Of a stretch of DNA of 64,000 nucleotides, positions 25,511 to 35,448 are shown piece after piece. Made by a program: the position numbers and the translations under genes. How positions within the stretch are numbered: position 1 is the stretch's first letter; each line of letters starts with the position of its first letter. The notes below the pieces were generated by a model. It ran no database searches. It was given only the letters and a program-made list of their open reading frames with translations, and was not told the DNA's origin. Origin of the DNA: Amoebidium appalachense (taxonomy: Eukaryota > Protista > Ichthyosporea); assembly GCA_963693365.1 (NCBI GenBank), contig CAVNZM010000005.1:3345216-3409215 (forward strand), read 5' to 3'.

Positions 25511-25658
25511 GGGGGCAATGCGTGTGGTTGCACCTGTTATGTTTGAGTGTAGGCTCATGAGCGCTATCACCGGGCGCTTCCACATGTGTTGTGTGAGAGA
25601 AGGGGCATGAGCGCTATCACCGGGCGCTTTGTGTTTGTGCGTGTGTAGGGGGGTGGGT

Positions 25659-25692
<34 letters not shown>

Positions 25693-25751
25693 AATGCTTG
25701 CGCATGTTGGAGAGATGGGTCATCAGCGCTATCACCGGGCGCTTTGTGTGT

Positions 25752-25782
<31 letters not shown>

Positions 25783-25877
25783 GGGGGGGCAATGCTTGCG
25801 CTTGCACCTGTGTTGTTTGAGAGAAGGGTCATGAGCGCATGTTGGAGAGATGGGTCATCAGCGCTATCACCGGGCGC

Positions 25878-25951
<74 letters not shown>

Positions 25952-26061
25952 ATGCGTGCGCTTGCACCTGTGTTGTTTGAGAGTAGGGTCGTGAGCGCAA
26001 TCACCGTGCGCTTGCACATGTGTTGTTGGAGAGATGGGTCATCAGCGCTATCACCGGGCGC

Positions 26062-26118
<57 letters not shown>

Positions 26119-26185
26119 TATGCGTGCGCTTGCACCTGTGTTGTTTGAGAGTAGGGTCATGAGCGCTATTACCGTGTGCGCTAGC
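24680..26185. repeat. Complex minisatellite built on TCATGAGCGCTATCACCGGGCGCTT with poly-G/(GT)n inserts; first copies are inverted relative to the rest
   Basis: Over 20 copies of the core. 24680-24825 carries GGTGATAGCGCTCATGACCCTACTCT, the reverse complement of the units after 24900. Confidence 0.9.
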
Positions 26186-26275
26186 TTTATTGAATGTTCA
26201 CTACTTTGCGCTAGCTTTGACCGGATATTGGCAAACTCTGCGCTGCTTTGACCTTTTTGCCCGTGGCTTATTTAT

Positions 26276-26632
26276 TTATTTTTCGTCTTTTACGTCTTTG
26301 CCCGCGTCGTCCCCCCAAATCAGCTGCAACGTGTCCTCTTCGGTTGTAAGCGTGATGTTGAGCGACGTGATGGTTTGCACGGCAATCCTGTACACGTCTG
26401 CCGGCGCATAGTCGAACAGGTGGATCCTCGGCTGGCGGTCGGGGTAGTAGTGGCTGTATGCGAGCACGTTTCCGATCGCCGTCTTCCACTGCGACGCGCG
26501 CTGGACCTCGATGACCTGCGTGCTCGTCAGCACGTCGATCCGGCCGGCCCGTGTGGGCACCCCGCACACCCCGTCCTCGAGCTCGGCCAGTCGCTCGCGC
26601 ACGAACGCCTCGTCGTAGCCTACCGCAGACAT
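26276..26632 (-). CDS. PD-(D/E)XK-fold protein, probably inactive (IEVQ, GNVLAY)
   Basis: EAFVR..GRIDVLT..IEVQ..WK.A.GNVLAY..YYP..RIHLF; paralog of 26821-27495. Confidence 0.75.
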   Translation of the reverse strand: MSAVGYDEAFVRERLAELEDGVCGVPTRAGRIDVLTSTQVIEVQRASQWKTAIGNVLAYSHYYPDRQPRIHLFDYAPADVYRIAVQTITSLNITLTTEEDTLQLIWGDDAGKDVKDEK

Positions 26633-26820
26633 CCTGTACAGTGTACGAATAAGAAATACACACGCACAGACACCCGGTATCCCTAAAAATAGCCCCCCAC
26701 ACCAGGCTTTGACTGCCTCCCCAGCCATCGCATTGACGCGCGCGGAGCCTCCCCATTTTTTAGCCGTCATGGTCGATGGCCAGCGCCACGCGCCCGGGCG
26801 GGGGTGCCATTTGATCGCAT

Positions 26821-27495
26821 TCATTGACCAGACAACTTGGCATCAAAGTCCAAGACCTTGCCTTTGTTGAAATGGTACGCCATTGTTCTTTCCGATGTGG
26901 GGTTCCCTATCTTCACCATGCCCGAGCTGACCGAGGCACGATCCCCGAGAACCTTCCTGAGGCATGAACCCAACCTCTTGGATCCCACCCGAAGTTCTGT
27001 ACCCATCCCCCTTGCGCTTGCCCAGGTGCGCATCAGCTCCAACATCCCTCCAGTCGTCACCCACATCTCCCCTTCCACTAGTTGCGGTACTGTAACACCG
27101 TATCCGTTTGCCATGTCCTTCAAGAACTGTACCTCCGCCGGAATAGAATCAGGCTGTGGTCTGGGGGGTGTTGGTCGTTTGCCCCACACGAGCTGCATCG
27201 TATCAGGTTCCAATGTCACTAGTACGTTGAAGGATGTCATTGTTTCGATTGCTGTTTTGTACACATCCGCTGGTGCGTAGTCAAACAGATGGACCCGCGG
27301 TCGGTGGCTGGGGTAGTACTTCATGTACGCCAGCACCTGTCCCATAGCGGCCTTCCACTGCGGTGCGCGCTTGACCTCAATGATGTCCGTGTCTGTGAGC
27401 AGGTCGATCCGGCCGGCAGGGGTCACCACTTCGCGTTTCCCCCCCTCGATCCGTGCCAATTTGTCTCTGACGAACGCCTCGTTGTAGGTGGCCAT
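26821..27495 (-). CDS. PD-(D/E)XK endonuclease with intact E/D/EVK/QxxxY motifs, fused to a C-terminal domain shared with the neighbouring helicase
   Basis: NEAFVR..GRIDLLT..IIEVK..WKAAMGQVLAY; the C-terminal PAEVQFLKD..W.TTGG..KRLG aligns with the helicase C-terminus. Confidence 0.8.
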   Translation of the reverse strand: MATYNEAFVRDKLARIEGGKREVVTPAGRIDLLTDTDIIEVKRAPQWKAAMGQVLAYMKYYPSHRPRVHLFDYAPADVYKTAIETMTSFNVLVTLEPDTMQLVWGKRPTPPRPQPDSIPAEVQFLKDMANGYGVTVPQLVEGEMWVTTGGMLELMRTWASARGMGTELRVGSKRLGSCLRKVLGDRASVSSGMVKIGNPTSERTMAYHFNKGKVLDFDAKLSGQ

Positions 27496-27594
27496 CGTTG
27501 TAGGTCACAGAAAAAATCAGATTCAGTGACCGATGAAGAAGACCAGGGGTTATATAAAGCGTTATCGTGTTTCTTTTCTTGCCACTTAGCAGTA

Positions 27595-28050
27595 ATGGAC
27601 CTCCAATACACGCCAACCATAGAGACACCCCCTAACCCGAAGCGCCACGCTTGCACACTGTGTTCAGCAATGTTCACATTCAAGGCAAATCTAAAAAGAC
27701 ACGAAAATACCCACAAGAATAATAGCACCGGCGCATATGCCTGTCCACAACCCGGCTGCTTTGGAAGCTTTGCCCGCAGCGACCACATGAAACTGCACCA
27801 GCGCACACACTCTGGCAGCCGACCCTATCAATGCCCAGACTGTCCAGCCACTTACGTCTATCCTGCGGGTTTGTGGGTTCACCGACGAACAGCTCATGAA
27901 GGGTGTCAGCTGCCGAGACGGCCCCGGCGCGCAAGCGGGCGTTTTACATGCCCCTTCGACCAGTGCCAGGCTGCATTTGCCTGGTCTACAACCCTGAACA
28001 GGCACGTCGAGACTGAACACCCCAGTCTTGTGCCCAGCCCGAAGGTATAA
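27595..28050 (+). CDS. C2H2 zinc-finger protein (4 fingers)
   Basis: CTLC..HENTH, CPQPGC..FARSDHMKLHQRTH-SGSRPY-CPDC..HRRTAH, CPFDQC..HVETEH; TATATAAAG lies 44 nt upstream. Confidence 0.9.
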   Translation: MDLQYTPTIETPPNPKRHACTLCSAMFTFKANLKRHENTHKNNSTGAYACPQPGCFGSFARSDHMKLHQRTHSGSRPYQCPDCPATYVYPAGLWVHRRTAHEGCQLPRRPRRASGRFTCPFDQCQAAFAWSTTLNRHVETEHPSLVPSPKV

Positions 28051-28053
28051 AAG
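28043..28053 (+). promoter_or_regulatory. AGGTATAAAAG TATA-box promoter motif (also at 31514, 33738, 34184, 38012, 50092 on +; 55869-55879 and variant 52983-52992 on -)
   Basis: The same 10-11-mer sits 42-60 nt upstream of an ATG in seven of eight cases. Confidence 0.75.
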
Positions 28054-28105
28054 CGCTTGCCAGACCTCAGACCGTCAAATATTATCTATCCCATTCACTA
28101 CCACA

Positions 28106-30163
28106 ATGGATGTCATTCGCTCAAACATGAACACTGCCCGGTGCGACGGCAAGGATACGGAGAAGACCGAATACGAGGTTTGCTGCGAGGGTGCAGATCA
28201 ACCCAAGCAGGCAAACCAAGGGCTCTCGCGCCGCAGTGCCTGTCCTGACTGGTACCTCGCAGTCTTTGCACCACAGGGGTCCCGGGAAGTTACGGTGGAC
28301 AATGAGCCCTTCGATCACAACGACCTCCACAATTCCCTCAAGCGACAGTTTGGACTGGTTTATGCCGAAATAACCACCCGTCAGTCCAAGCGCCACAAGA
28401 CCGCACACTACGAGTGCAACACCCGCCACCCAGCTCCCGGGCCTAACAGAGCTGCGCTCAAGTCATGGGCCAAGGAGAAATTTCCTTTGGCCAACAGGGT
28501 AGTAATGAACCCGATTCTCGACTGGACGACCGCGACGCGTTGGACCCAGGGGCCCCATACGACCACATTCGGCGAAGCACCTTGTACGGCAGCTGTCCCC
28601 GCTGTGGTTGCGAAAAAGGACAGCAAGCGGCTGGCTCATATTGAGGAGGTGTTTCGTGTTCTGGAGCAGGAGTCGACCGACCCTCCGGGTGGATACGAGT
28701 TCATGCCGGACCTGCTACCAACCACCTGGAAGGAAACTGAGCTCGTCGAGTACCTGCAGAAGTGGGTGGGAAAAATCAGCGGAACCTCCCTCTACCTCTT
28801 GAAGGTGTGGTGCCATGACAAGGGCGTGTACACACTCAAGACGTTGACCGAAAAAGACATGAAATGCACCATGCAGGGTTTTGTGGTCGAGTGGATGGAG
28901 GGCGAGGGTTGTGAAATCAAGCGGACATACACCGGCATTGACTTCCTTATGGGACGCCGCATTCCTCGTTATGGACTAGCAGTCTTTGACCCCGCGTCGC
29001 CCAATCCCAAGACAGGAGAGACAAACCCAAAGTACCGCCAAGGAGCCTTGTTCACATATAACTTCTTTCGCGGCTTCCCCATCAAGTACACCGAGGGCTT
29101 CCGTTTCATGGGTCCAGAATGCCCCGTGATCCCCTACCATCCTGGCCAGCAGGTTGTGGTCATGCCGGATCAGCTCCTCGACAAGTACCGTGTACGTGAA
29201 TACGGGGGCATTGAGATGTTCATACGCCACGCATTCGAGGTGCTTGCCGATGGAAACGCCGAGGCATTCGAATACCTTCTTAAGTGGGTGGCCCAGATCT
29301 TCCAGTATCCGGACACTAAGTCTGGAGCGGCGGTTCTCGTCAAGTCAGTCCAGGGCACCGGAAAAAACGTGTTCTTCGACGTACTCAAGGCGCTCGTTGG
29401 CTCGGAATACTACGCCTACGTGAAGAACAAGGAACACATATCCAGCAAGTTCAACTCCCACCTCAACCACAAACTACTAGCTGTTATCGACGAGTGTGTC
29501 TTTGGTGGGAGCCACGAGGCCAACAACCTTATCAAAAGTCTGATCACACAAGAAGACAGCCTTTTGGAGAAAAAGGGGGTGGATGGCATCTACACCAAAA
29601 ACTTCGAGCGCTACGTGTTTCTGTCAAACGAAGACTGGCCCGTTCGTGTGGAGCTATCCGATCGGAGATTCATATGTCTCGAGGCAAACAGCAGCCGGGT
29701 GGGCCAGCTTCGATACTTCGACGAGTTCGTCAGATATCACAGGCAACCCGAAGTGCTGGAGGCTCTGTTTCACTTCTTCTTGGACCTTCCTGGTGTCCCT
29801 AAAACAATGCCGCCGCCGCCACAAACAAATCTCAAACAGAAGCTCATGGAGAAGAGTCTGCCCATCGAGATACAATTTCTGAGGGATGTCGCAACTGGCG
29901 CAGAGGGAACAGATGTTTTTGGTCTCGAGGATGGCACCTGGGCCACAACGGGTGGCTTGGTGGAGTGCATGAAAGAGTGGGCCGATGCAAACATGATGGA
30001 TAGCCGAAAGGTTGTCGGGGTCAAGAGGCTCGGCACGGTACTGACGCAGGTGTTTGGAGGTTCGGCCTTCGTGCCTGCAGGTGGAAGAGTTTCAAGAGGG
30101 GCGCCTGGAAGACACACACGTGCTCATTTGCTCGATTTTGCAAAAATCATGAGTTTCCAGTGA
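28106..30163 (+). CDS. SF3 (D5/DUF5906-type) helicase with C-terminal winged-helix-like domain; no recognisable AEP primase motifs
   Basis: YNFFRGF, YLLKWVAQIFQYP, Walker A QGTGKN, Walker B LAVIDE, KSLIT..EKKG, motif C FLSN, DRRF arginine finger. Confidence 0.88.
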   Translation: MDVIRSNMNTARCDGKDTEKTEYEVCCEGADQPKQANQGLSRRSACPDWYLAVFAPQGSREVTVDNEPFDHNDLHNSLKRQFGLVYAEITTRQSKRHKTAHYECNTRHPAPGPNRAALKSWAKEKFPLANRVVMNPILDWTTATRWTQGPHTTTFGEAPCTAAVPAVVAKKDSKRLAHIEEVFRVLEQESTDPPGGYEFMPDLLPTTWKETELVEYLQKWVGKISGTSLYLLKVWCHDKGVYTLKTLTEKDMKCTMQGFVVEWMEGEGCEIKRTYTGIDFLMGRRIPRYGLAVFDPASPNPKTGETNPKYRQGALFTYNFFRGFPIKYTEGFRFMGPECPVIPYHPGQQVVVMPDQLLDKYRVREYGGIEMFIRHAFEVLADGNAEAFEYLLKWVAQIFQYPDTKSGAAVLVKSVQGTGKNVFFDVLKALVGSEYYAYVKNKEHISSKFNSHLNHKLLAVIDECVFGGSHEANNLIKSLITQEDSLLEKKGVDGIYTKNFERYVFLSNEDWPVRVELSDRRFICLEANSSRVGQLRYFDEFVRYHRQPEVLEALFHFFLDLPGVPKTMPPPPQTNLKQKLMEKSLPIEIQFLRDVATGAEGTDVFGLEDGTWATTGGLVECMKEWADANMMDSRKVVGVKRLGTVLTQVFGGSAFVPAGGRVSRGAPGRHTRAHLLDFAKIMSFQ

Positions 30164-30179
30164 CCATACCAAAAACACT

Positions 30180-30510
30180 CTATTTAGCTTTGATAGTTTC
30201 GTTGTGTAGCTTCGTCGACACCCAGATCGGGCGATTTCATTGGCTGAAATGTTTTTTTCGTGATTGTGATTGGCTGAATATCACAGTTAGCTACTTTAGC
30301 AGGATAGCTGGATGTTTTTTGGGGTCCCTGCACAAACACACACACACACAGCTCTGTACTTATTTTTTGCCATGGGTTGACTTCATTTTTATCCAGCTAA
30401 CATAGCTAACGAAGCTAAATCGTATTAAAATATAGCTAAAAAGCTAATTTCTATTAGTGAAACATGGTTTGGGTTTAGCTTCGTGTGTGGCGACTTTAGC
30501 TTCGTTGCAA
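30180..30510. promoter_or_regulatory. Putative iteron/origin-like region with direct and inverted TAGCT(T/A) motifs and an AT-rich core
   Basis: About 10 copies of TAGCT/AGCTA directly after the helicase stop, e.g. TAGCTTCG at 30207, 30477 and 30497, CGAAGCTA at 30410. Confidence 0.4.
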
Positions 30511-30775
30511 CAGTGAGTGACCGTGTATCTGTATTTGGTCTCTGTGTAACTGCTCTGTAGAGGGGTAACGTTACTCAGCACGCGAGGCATGCGAGGCACG
30601 CGAGGCACCCGCGCCCCCAGCCACCCCCAGCCCCGCCCAGCCACCCCCAGCCACCCCCAGCCCCCCACGCGCCGCAACATTGTCGGGCGCACACACAAGG
30701 TCGAAAGTGCGATGTGTGATTGTCAATGGGTAACCCGGTTGGGGCGGCACGCGAATTTTATGTGTGCGGTATGTG

Positions 30776-31189
30776 ATGACGGACACCGAGCTTGAGTTTG
30801 CACGGAACATGGTCGTATACGAGCTGGCCGACCGGCTGGAAGGCGTCGAGGACACGCTCACCAAGGTCGGGCGCATCGACGTGCTGACGGACCACCAGAT
30901 CGTCCAGGTCGAGCAGCTGGCCGACTGGAAGACCGCCATGGCGAACGTGCTGGCGAACCACCACTTCCACCCCGACAAGGAGATGCGCGTGCACCTGTTC
31001 AACCACGGCCCGCCCGTGCCCGCCGAAACCATCGCGCACGCCATGAGGATCATGGACAAGCACGAGATCATGGTGACGTGCGAGGAGGACATCCTGTACG
31101 GGCTGTTTCCGGTTGGGCCTCACAGTGCCCCGCCACCCGTGCACACGGCACCCGCCGCTACGCCAGAGGCTCGGAAGTCCGGGCGTTGA
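30776..31189 (+). CDS. Third PD-(D/E)XK-fold paralog, degenerate (IVQVE, ANVLAN)
   Basis: GRIDVLTDHQIVQVEQLADWKTAMANVLANHHFHPDKEMRVHLF aligns with the 26276 and 26821 proteins. Confidence 0.75.
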   Translation: MTDTELEFARNMVVYELADRLEGVEDTLTKVGRIDVLTDHQIVQVEQLADWKTAMANVLANHHFHPDKEMRVHLFNHGPPVPAETIAHAMRIMDKHEIMVTCEEDILYGLFPVGPHSAPPPVHTAPAATPEARKSGR

Positions 31190-31680
31190 TGGCGTGACAC
31201 CTCCCCGGGGCGCGGGTGGCTGGGGGTGGCTGTGGGGGGCTGTGGGGGGCACACGAGGAACAATAAAGGAAGCACGAACACACCCGGCGCGAGGCACGCG
31301 AGGCATGCGCGGCAGGCGAGGCACACGGGCACACACACACACACCACACACAGCCGTTCTGCGCGCGAGGCATGCGAGGCACGCGAGGCAGACGAGGCAC
31401 CCCCAGCCACGGCAGCCCCGCCCAGCCCCCCCCAGCCCCCCCCAGCCACCCACGCCGCACTGACCAGGTCGGTGCGAGGTGTGATTGTCAATGGGCAACG
31501 TCAAGCGGTGTGCAGGTATAAAAGGGGCACACGAACCCCCAGGCCCCCAGGCCCCGTGCGCGCGCACAAGCGCGTGAATAGCCAATTTATCCGCGCGCGA
31601 GGCACACGCGCTCACGCGCTCACAAGGCACCCGCGCCCCCACCCACCCCCAGCCCCCCACAGCCCCCCACGCGCAGGGCC

Positions 31681-32409
31681 TCACTCGCTGTAGTCGATGG
31701 GCCAGTCGGTGGTGCCCATGTACGCAGCCCCCTCGGGGGTGATGCCGAGCAGCCCGTAGAGCGTGTTGCCGAAGCCTAGCATGGTCTGGATGGCCTCATG
31801 GGACAGCAACTGCTCCAGCCCGGCCGATAAGCCTCTGTGGATCCCGAAGCGGCTGTGCACATGGGGCTCGGCTGCCATGTTTCGGATGAGCCCAACGGAC
31901 ACTGTCTGTGCGAGTGTGGGGACACCGGGGAGCGGGCGCTCAAAGATCAAGGTGGGGGTCTCTGTGTAGTAGGGCATGACTTCTACCCAATCCGGCGGAT
32001 GGTTAAAGACCACCATCCACTGAAAGACATTCAGTGCAGCGCTGTACGTCACCATGAGCAGCTTGTCATCAACCCAGTCACCCCCCGCATCAATAACAAA
32101 CCCCCAGAAGCCCGTTGCGCGGCCGTCGGCCGTCACCCGCGGAGGGTCATACCAGGAATCGGAGAAGTCCGTGTGCTTGCACACAAACCTGAGTGGGGCA
32201 GTCAGCACCGACCTCCTGCCCCTGCGAATGGTGCCGAATTCGTCCGCAAAGTCGGGCGGCTCTGGGTAGACGATGCGGACTACACCCAGTGCTCGGGTCT
32301 CGACCCCACCCGCAACGAGCGCGGCGGGATGAAACCACGTTGGGTCGTTGACAAAGGCTTGCAGTTCCTCGGGGTTGGACAGCACCCTCTTTTCCACCGG
32401 CCGGTTCAT
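31681..32409 (-). CDS. Hypothetical protein (242 aa)
   Basis: Long ATG ORF with globular composition; no motif recognised. Confidence 0.65.
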   Translation of the reverse strand: MNRPVEKRVLSNPEELQAFVNDPTWFHPAALVAGGVETRALGVVRIVYPEPPDFADEFGTIRRGRRSVLTAPLRFVCKHTDFSDSWYDPPRVTADGRATGFWGFVIDAGGDWVDDKLLMVTYSAALNVFQWMVVFNHPPDWVEVMPYYTETPTLIFERPLPGVPTLAQTVSVGLIRNMAAEPHVHSRFGIHRGLSAGLEQLLSHEAIQTMLGFGNTLYGLLGITPEGAAYMGTTDWPIDYSE

Positions 32410-32579
32410 ATCTGCAGACCCCAAATAAATAAACACAACCAGCTCTAGGACCTCCCCAAACAGGATCACACCAGCGATTTCTGTGTCCCTAACAGGCAGA
32501 ATAGTATTCTGGATTGTTTTGGAAGCGTATGTGTGTTTTTCCAGGAGTTGCTACATCAAAGACATTGTGTCCACACAAC

Positions 32580-32945
32580 TATGACATGGAAAACCTAATA
32601 GGCCCAAGAACCGAATACACCAAGATGTGCATGGAATTGAATGTATTCAGTGTGCTAGAATGATAAATGTTAATGATTAGGAAAAAAGTGAAAGGGTCGA
32701 AACGCGTATGCGAACATAGGCTGTGCCCGGCATTGGCATGATGCTTTGAATTGGTGTGATCAAGATGAATAAGCGAGTCATACCTTTATGACATGGAAAA
32801 CCTAGGCCCAGAACCGGATACACCAAGATGTCAAGATGACAATAAGCGAATCAGACCCTTACACGATCACCCAGATCCAGTGCACACAATTATGACATGG
32901 AAAACCTAGGCCCAGAACCGGATACACCAAGATGTCAAGATGACA
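32580..32945. repeat. Three copies of a ~45-bp element
   Basis: TATGACATGGAAAACCTAGGCCCAGAACCGGATACACCAAGATGT at ~32580 (diverged), 32787 and 32891. Confidence 0.85.
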
Positions 32946-33785
32946 GGACACAAGTCACATAAGGCACACGCGAACACGACACACACACCCACCCAGCGCG
33001 CGAGGCACGCGGGCACACGTGCACACGGGCACACCGGCACACGGGCACCTGCCCGCGAGCCCGCGAGCGCCACCATGAGCAGTCGATGGATGCCCCATTT
33101 TAATGGTCCAATCAGATCGCGGCGCGGTCATACAATGCCAGTGCACAGTTTCAGCAGCCAATGAAATGTCGGAGAGCAAGCAGGTCCCAAACCAAAATCC
33201 TCGGACATGCCAGCTCGTACACAGTCTGCTCGTTCCTGACACGCCTGTAAACCGCTGTGTATGTTGATTGCACGATGCAGTGGTCTTCCCTTGCACCGGA
33301 ACTCAAACTGAAAATTTTTACGTTGGACCTTTTGTATTCTGGGGTCGGCCCTACCCCACCAGGCACCATCGACAACCTCTTGCAAGCATACCGCGTGGCA
33401 AACCGGGTTGTTCTGCCTGAGTAATAAAGTAAACAAATAATGGACTTTGCACTGGATGCAAGCGCCCCCATGCACCTGCGCGCGAGGCACGCGAGGCACA
33501 CGAGGCATGCGCGGCACCCAAGGCCCACGCGCACGCGAGGCACACGAGGTACACAAGTCGCAGCAAGGCACACGGGCACCCCCAGCCCCCCCCCCCCCCA
33601 GCCCCCACCCCCCAGCCCCCCCCAGCCCCCGCGCAGGGCCGCAGTACGAAGAAGAAATAAAACGCTTTTGAGATTTGGGGATCCCTCAAGTTCTTTCAAC
33701 CCACCCCCCCCCCAGCACGACCGAGGGCGCCACGCGCAGGTATAAAAGGCGCACACACAGCCAACTGGGGTCAGTCTGACACAGG

Positions 33786-35396
33786 ATGGCTACCGGACAG
33801 ACCAACTCAAAGGTGGACATGTCGCTTCTGTGGAGGGAGTTCCCCCAGTTCAAGGATGCTACTGTTCGCATTGACCAAGATACCAAGATGGCAAGTGTGC
33901 TGGACGTAGCATCCCTGGTACTAGGCACCACCAATGCAGCGAAGTGTGCATGGGCAGACCTTAGGAATTCCACAGACTCCAACATCAAGAAGATGGTGTC
34001 TGAGGGACACCACGTTCTCCGCATCGATGGAAGGGGCAAGTTGACACCTGTAGCTCCCTTCAAGTTCATCGTCGAGATCATCTTCCTGCTCCCTGGCAAG
34101 CGCGCGCACAAGTTCCGAAGGATCTGTGCCAATTATATCAAGCGCCTGATGTCCAACGAAGTTAACCATGTGAGCGAGGCCGAAGGTATAAAAGGACTGA
34201 ACACACATGACAACACCTCAGTTTCCCAAACTATGAATTCCGAACACACAGATGTGGTATTGACCGGAAACGAGGTCGCCGCAAAAAAAGGCGACACCAT
34301 CTGCATTGGTGACTATGTAGTGCGAGTTGCTCAATCCGAAGGTGTTAAATACGCCAGTCTTGTTGATTATGCAATGCTAGTGCGCAATTTAGACAGACAT
34401 GCGGCCGCTGAGTATGTCAGACGACATTATGAGAATGAAGAGGAAATCAAAGGCCTCAACATGAGGCCTTTGAGGTTCGGCGATTCAAAGCGACCCTCGA
34501 TTGGTGTTCCTGCTTCATCGTTGGTGAAACTGACCTTCAAGATGGCATCCGGCTCGCGCTATGGATCTGCCCTCGTTGACAAGTGGGCCCGAGACATAGC
34601 GCGCCTGGAAGGTGGGGACGAGACCTTGGTCGAAGACATCGAGCGTAACCGTGCCACGGCAGCGGCCAACCCGTCAGGACCCAACGCTTTCATGCGCGAC
34701 AGTGTGAGGGGGGAAATGGGTGTGGCCGGCACCCCCGAGAGGGAGCCCAAGAGACTGAAGCTCGGAGACATCACCCAGTTCATGACCAACCAGGCCGAGA
34801 TGGAAACTGCACTGAGTCTGTACAAGGAGGCGCGCATTGCAGAATCTTCCCAGTACACAGAGATCGTGAGGATGCGCGAGGAACGCGCCCTGATTCGCGA
34901 GGAGCGCCTGAAACTCGAGGTGCAGTGTCGGCTTCTGGAACTTCAGACCACAGACAATCTCAAGCAGGACCACATTCCATCGGAATTCGAGGATGCCAGT
35001 GATGAGCTGCGCCGGGTCACCAACCACGTGTGCACCAAGCAGCAGTCCGGTATCTACGTGTTTGTGTCCGAGTATGGCGACCCCCCCTGTCTGAAGATCG
35101 GCCAGAGCCTGAAGGACGTGAAGGGCCGCATGAAGCAGGCCGGTACGTGGCATGTGGGGCCCAACAAGCGCCTGCTCTTTGCGCTTCCCGTGCCGTCCGA
35201 GCAGCTGGCGCTTGCAGAGAAGTGTCTGCACACCGCGCTTAAACACAAGAACGTTGAGCGCGAGCTGTTCCGTGTGGACTTTGTGACCTTTGCGGTGGCC
35301 ATGCTGGAGATGGCGAGGGAGCACATGGAGGACGACTTGACAAGGGACCTCGTCATCAGCGTCTTCAAGAAAGCCAGCCAGGAGCAAGCACAGTAG
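33786..35396 (+). CDS. Two Bro-N-like DNA-binding domains, coiled coil and T5orf172/MUG113 (GIY-YIG family) domain; may be two fused genes (internal TATA and ATG 34233)
   Basis: SVLDV..TPVA..EIIFLLPGKRAHKFRR; SLVD..RLEGGDETLVEDIE; GIYVF..LKIGQS..RMKQ..AEK.LH..RELF. Confidence 0.8.
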   Translation: MATGQTNSKVDMSLLWREFPQFKDATVRIDQDTKMASVLDVASLVLGTTNAAKCAWADLRNSTDSNIKKMVSEGHHVLRIDGRGKLTPVAPFKFIVEIIFLLPGKRAHKFRRICANYIKRLMSNEVNHVSEAEGIKGLNTHDNTSVSQTMNSEHTDVVLTGNEVAAKKGDTICIGDYVVRVAQSEGVKYASLVDYAMLVRNLDRHAAAEYVRRHYENEEEIKGLNMRPLRFGDSKRPSIGVPASSLVKLTFKMASGSRYGSALVDKWARDIARLEGGDETLVEDIERNRATAAANPSGPNAFMRDSVRGEMGVAGTPEREPKRLKLGDITQFMTNQAEMETALSLYKEARIAESSQYTEIVRMREERALIREERLKLEVQCRLLELQTTDNLKQDHIPSEFEDASDELRRVTNHVCTKQQSGIYVFVSEYGDPPCLKIGQSLKDVKGRMKQAGTWHVGPNKRLLFALPVPSEQLALAEKCLHTALKHKNVERELFRVDFVTFAVAMLEMAREHMEDDLTRDLVISVFKKASQEQAQ

Positions 35397-35448
35397 CCCA
35401 CGACATACCTTCAAAGTTTCGTTTTTTCGCACAGGAGGAGACACATCA

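Larger units (their letters stand above)
30578..33640. repeat. Dispersed intergenic repeat family: (CGAGGCA)n followed by (CAGCCCCCC)n; copies at ~30578-30670, 31288-31450, 31590-31680, 32995-33065, 33475-33640
   Basis: Recurrent CGCGAGGCATGCGAGGCACGCGAGGCAC and CCCCAGCCCCCCCCAGCCCCC blocks. Confidence 0.85.
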
